Source: Podarcis vaucheri
Taxonomy: Eukaryota
Strand: one strand, 5' to 3'
Length of the DNA stretch: 64,000 bases
Assembly (NCBI GenBank): GCA_965113315.1
Contig: OZ220368.1
In this document: one piece after another, positions 62,501-64,000 of the stretch
How positions within the stretch are numbered: position 1 is the stretch's first letter
How the letters are laid out: every line of letters starts with the position of its first letter
Position numbers and translations under genes: made by a program
The notes under the pieces: generated by a model
Database searches by the model: none
What the model saw: the letters and a program-made list of their open reading frames with translations, nothing else
Told to the model about the DNA's origin: nothing

Positions 62501-63559
62501 AACCTCAGCTGGCGAACAATCACCATGACACTGAAGTATAGCTGAAAAGCCAGGACAATTCTGCATAGACAAAAAGTGTCAGAATGTTTTCTCTTTCTAA
62601 GACATGTCCTTTGCCTACTGTCAAGGCTCATGTTTAGATATACTATGCAATTAGAACAAGAAAGTTTCAGCCTACTCCTAGGCTTTCAGAGAACTATGTT
62701 TCTGAGGAATGAAGCATAGCCACTAAGACTTTTTTAAAGGGGCAAAATACAGACCACCTATAAAATATCCATGACTTGAAACACACCAAATTGTCTGTCA
62801 TTCTCACAATATCAGACAGCTGTCTCACTCATGCAGGTGTAAGGTTGCTATGTATTTTAAAGTATGCATTACTGGATACTGCTTTGCTGGTTTTCCATTG
62901 TGCATGTCAAAATGCAGATTTCATGAGTTAATGGTGTAATCTTGTTAACCATTCAGCATTAGCCCCCTTGCTCTTCCACTCTATAAACCTAAGGACCACC
63001 TGAGCCTTTTTATTCCAGTCCAATCACTGAGATCTTCAAGAGGATCACTGTTAGTTGTCCCTCATGCTGCACAGTCCCGATTGGCTTCAACTAGGTCAGG
63101 CATTTAGAATCACCACAGCCATGCTGTGAAACACTCCCCCAGCTGAGATTCAGCAGGTTTCCTTGGTTTTGACTTCCATGCATCTCTTGAATATTTTTTG
63201 TGCTGACAGGCCTTTGCAGTTGTTTAATTTTTGATGAGTCAGTCACCTGAACTAATTATCCCTATTTTATTATTTAACTTTAAATGATGTTTTCTAGTGT
63301 ACACTGCATTGATATATTTTATGATATGGTGGTATAGAAATTCTTCTATAAATTAATATAAATTAATACTTACACAGAATTCATTTTTTTTTTATTTTAC
63401 ATGATGTGCTATACTCCATAGTCTATTTCGCCTTGATATATTTCATATGGCAATACAGAAATACCAGTACTTCTTTAAACATAAATAATACTTACGTGGA
63501 ATCAGTGTCCTTTTCTTTCTTCCGTATTCCAAAGGCCTTCCTTGTACGTTTTTTCAATC
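16677..63559 (-). CDS. SGIP1: SGIP1 (partial, spliced multi-exon gene; exon 1 and the C-terminal mu-homology-domain exons lie outside the window)
   Basis: 17 exons join in one frame with compatible phases: [30 protein letters not shown]...[30 protein letters not shown]...[26 protein letters not shown]...[24 protein letters not shown]. This matches recalled vertebrate SGIP1 (MP domain, APA region, proline-rich region). Confidence 0.97.
17289..17420. mobile_element. Short palindromic squamate MITE (related copies near 3902-4032, 13822-13900, 46045-46140, 51805-51903)
   Basis: Shared core GATGTTGCTGGACTACAGCT...GGGAGCTGGAGTCCAGCAACATCTGGAGGGC, self-complementary and recurring in the window. Confidence 0.6.
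22194..22320 (-). CDS. SGIP1: SGIP1 127-nt exon ([42 protein letters not shown])
   Basis: tgtctacag|TCCAGACCA...ACAATTG|gtaacg; phase 0 to 1. Confidence 0.96.
23463..23587 (-). CDS. SGIP1: SGIP1 125-nt exon ([42 protein letters not shown])
   Basis: atttcag|GTTCATCA...GATGTG|gtaggt; phase 1 to 0. Confidence 0.95.
25643..25678. repeat. (AT)n microsatellite
   Basis: Seen directly. Confidence 0.95.
27000..27190 (-). mobile_element. CR1-type 3' end fragment
   Basis: GAAGAGCCTGGTGGATCAGGCCAATGGCCCATCTAGTCCAG resembles the reverse-complement CR1 terminus; boundaries approximate. Confidence 0.5.
27817..28272 (-). CDS. SGIP1: SGIP1 456-nt proline-rich exon ([10 protein letters not shown]...GGGTGSTS)
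   Basis: accacag|GAAATGAC...ACCAGTG|gtatgt; ORF 27797..28282; [18 protein letters not shown] and [18 protein letters not shown] match SGIP1. Confidence 0.96.
29677..30467 (-). mobile_element. Young 5'-truncated L2 LINE (ORF2 C-terminus, 3' UTR and short-repeat tail)
   Basis: Uninterrupted ORF 29907..30440 with [34 protein letters not shown]; (TAA)n at 29677-29706. Confidence 0.92.
31541..31615 (-). CDS. SGIP1: SGIP1 75-nt exon ([25 protein letters not shown])
   Basis: ggctcacag|CACCTCCA...GGAGTAG|gtaagt; phase 1-1. Confidence 0.94.
32646..32738 (-). CDS. SGIP1: SGIP1 93-nt exon ([31 protein letters not shown])
   Basis: gacttcag|CTCCCATA...TCTGGAA|gtaagt; phase 1-1. Confidence 0.93.
33033..33108. 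repeat. Compound (AC)n(AG)n microsatellite
   Basis: Seen directly. Confidence 0.95.
33874..33959 (-). CDS. SGIP1: SGIP1 86-nt exon ([28 protein letters not shown])
   Basis: gctgcag|CAAAAAAGCC...TTAGAAG|gtaggt; LFGPPL motif typical of FCHO/SGIP1. Confidence 0.95.
34378..34429 (-). CDS. SGIP1: SGIP1 52-nt exon ([17 protein letters not shown](S))
   Basis: gtgccag|GTGAAGAG...CTTCTAAG|gttagt; phase 1 to 2. Confidence 0.94.
35244..35268 (-). CDS. SGIP1: SGIP1 25-nt exon (GSIKRNLS(S))
   Basis: tttttgcttttaattgtag|GGTTCAATTAAAAGGAATTTATCTA|gtaagt; phase 0 to 1. Confidence 0.92.
37266..37277 (-). CDS. SGIP1: SGIP1 12-nt microexon (RRSP)
   Basis: ctttctctcttcttttttgctgataacag|AGGCGCAGCCCG|gtaag. 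Confidence 0.9.
40081..40092 (-). CDS. SGIP1: SGIP1 12-nt microexon (RKSP)
   Basis: ttctctcccttttctccatttgttaatgcattctatag|AGGAAAAGTCCG|gtaag; matches the recalled ...SPV-RKSP-RRSP-GAIK. Confidence 0.9.
41170..42800 (-). mobile_element. Degenerate GC-rich retroelement remnant, possibly DIRS-like
   Basis: GC-richer block with many short broken ORFs; EWVNPTKGK...LLYVPV is reminiscent of DIRS gag/LAP2alpha-like ORF1; no intact domain visible. Confidence 0.35.
43306..43352. repeat. Perfect 22-bp inverted repeat with 3-nt loop
   Basis: TAGCACCTATGTTCTTTTCATG-TGC-CATGAAAAGAACATAGGTGCTA. Confidence 0.95.
47742..47917 (-). CDS. SGIP1: SGIP1 176-nt exon ([58 protein letters not shown])
   Basis: AC acceptor; GTG|gtaagc donor; contained in ORF 47712..48032. 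Confidence 0.96.
47918..49065 (-). other. U12-type (minor spliceosome) AT-AC intron, 1148 nt
   Basis: 5' end ATATCCTTC; branch-site-like TCTTTAAC (47935-47928); 3' end ...TGTGATCTAC. The join gives T|CT = Ser and restores PGSTKGKHF. Confidence 0.93.
48195..48800 (-). mobile_element. Old L2 LINE fragment inside the U12 intron
   Basis: [14 protein letters not shown] and [14 protein letters not shown] motifs in broken frames. Confidence 0.75.
49066..49120 (-). CDS. SGIP1: SGIP1 55-nt exon ([18 protein letters not shown](S))
   Basis: gcaccag|AATTCACCT...CCAGGCT|atatccttc; carries the DEEGYSIRP motif of the FCHO/SGIP1 AP2-activator region; followed by a U12-type donor. Confidence 0.95.
49650..50600 (-). 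mobile_element. Old L2 LINE RT-region fragment
   Basis: CCTTGATCGTTTGACAACTTTCCATACCATGGTCCATG on the minus strand resembles LDLSAAFDTIDH; degenerate; boundaries approximate. Confidence 0.55.
51197..51323. repeat. (AT)n (about 51197-51242) and (AC)n (about 51280-51323) microsatellites
   Basis: Seen directly. Confidence 0.95.
53162..53218 (-). CDS. SGIP1: SGIP1 57-nt exon ([19 protein letters not shown])
   Basis: gtattgcag|AAGAGAACC...AGATAT|gtaagt; phase 0-0. Confidence 0.96.
53528..53700 (+). mobile_element. tRNA-derived squamate SINE (Squam3-like), degenerate
   Basis: GGTAGAGCATGTGATTTGCATGCAGAAGGTCTCAGGTTCAACCTCTGGCA tRNA-like head with A/B boxes. Confidence 0.6.
54647..54724 (-). CDS. 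SGIP1: SGIP1 78-nt cassette exon ([26 protein letters not shown])
   Basis: cattccag|CCACCCAGC...GTTTCG|gtaagg; phase 0-0; similar to recalled human [24 protein letters not shown]. Confidence 0.88.
58447..58471 (-). CDS. SGIP1: SGIP1 25-nt exon ((T)GSPDRDGT)
   Basis: ttcttacag|AGGATCACCAGACAGGGATGGAACT|gtaagt; phase 2 to 0. Confidence 0.95.
58845..59208 (+). mobile_element. Sauria SINE, full length, young, with 13-bp TSD
   Basis: GGGACGCGGGTGGCGCTGTGG head, CpG-rich, (ACCTTT)3 tail; TSD TAACATACAGAAA at 58830-58842 and 59209-59221. Confidence 0.94.
59498..59580 (-). mobile_element. Very short L2 3' tip with (AAT)n tail
   Basis: (AAT)n followed by TTTATACCCCGCCCATCTGGCTGGG, similar to the 3' end of the 29677 element. 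Confidence 0.6.
61597..61660. repeat. Three imperfect copies of GACCTGCAATAATCACA
   Basis: Copies at 61597-61613, 61623-61639 and 61644-61660. Confidence 0.85.
62940..63360 (+). mobile_element. Old L2 3' fragment
   Basis: Degenerate L2-like ORF2 end (CTAAGGACCACCTG...TGTGAAACACTCCCCAG) and GGTGGTATAGAAAT...TAAAT tail; boundaries approximate. Confidence 0.5.
63496..63559 (-). CDS. SGIP1: SGIP1 exon 2 (64 nt; (G)[20 protein letters not shown](T))
   Basis: tgtctccacag|GATTGAAAAAACGT...GATTCCAC|gtaagt; phase 1 to 2; matches the basic N-terminal MP region. Confidence 0.96.
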
Positions 63560-64000
63560 CTGTGGAGACAAAAGGAAAATATAAATTGAACAAATTAGGT
63601 AGCTTTAAATTTGTTATAAGCCTGCCTGAGTTAGTTAGGCTGGAAGATTTAACAGAAACTTTAAAAATAATTTTTAAAAATATTATGGCATAATGAATAA
63701 AATGCTATTTACGGCTCTGTAATTTACAAAGTTACAGTTAGAAAAAACACATAAAAGCATATTTCTTTCCAATCCTAAATCAGTGCAACATACTTTCAAG
63801 TAACCTAAGTTAAGGCAATATTACAGGTGACATAGTAATTGATAGAAGAAAATAAGAAAATAAATGCCAGATATTTCAAGGCATGAGAAATGCATATTTT
63901 TGCCATGTTTCGTAAGCTGTTTAGGGAACACGTGGCATGTTCCTGTTGTGTTTATGTAGAACAGGGGTGGGGAATCTTTTTGGCTCCACACTGCATGGGC

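Overview
Eukaryotic (vertebrate) genomic DNA. The Sauria SINEs point to a squamate reptile, probably a lacertid lizard (inference). The whole 64 kb lies inside one gene on the minus strand: SGIP1, a muniscin/FCHO-family neuronal endocytic adaptor. I rebuilt 17 phase-compatible coding exons by hand, from exon 2 ([22 protein letters not shown], 63559-63496) to a 60-nt cassette exon (16736-16677). Exon 1 lies beyond position 64000 and the mu-homology-domain exons lie beyond position 1. Main points of interest: (1) a minor-spliceosome U12 AT-AC intron (47918-49065); (2) a cluster of 12/12/25-nt neural-type microexons with UGC motifs, plus several candidate in-frame cassette exons; (3) a 132-N gap at 15016-15147 that sits directly after a polypyrimidine tract and probably hides a coding exon; (4) a Penelope-like fragment with a minimal hammerhead-ribozyme core between perfect 58-bp inverted repeats (5104-5290). 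The introns also hold Sauria SINEs with TSDs, Tc1/pogo-type MITEs, L2 and CR1 LINE fragments, a possible DIRS remnant and microsatellites. Most entries in the ORF track are spurious or repeat-derived. I see no evidence of a wholly new multi-gene system; the novelty candidates concern splicing and RNA structure. Comparisons to mammalian SGIP1 are from memory, not from a search.
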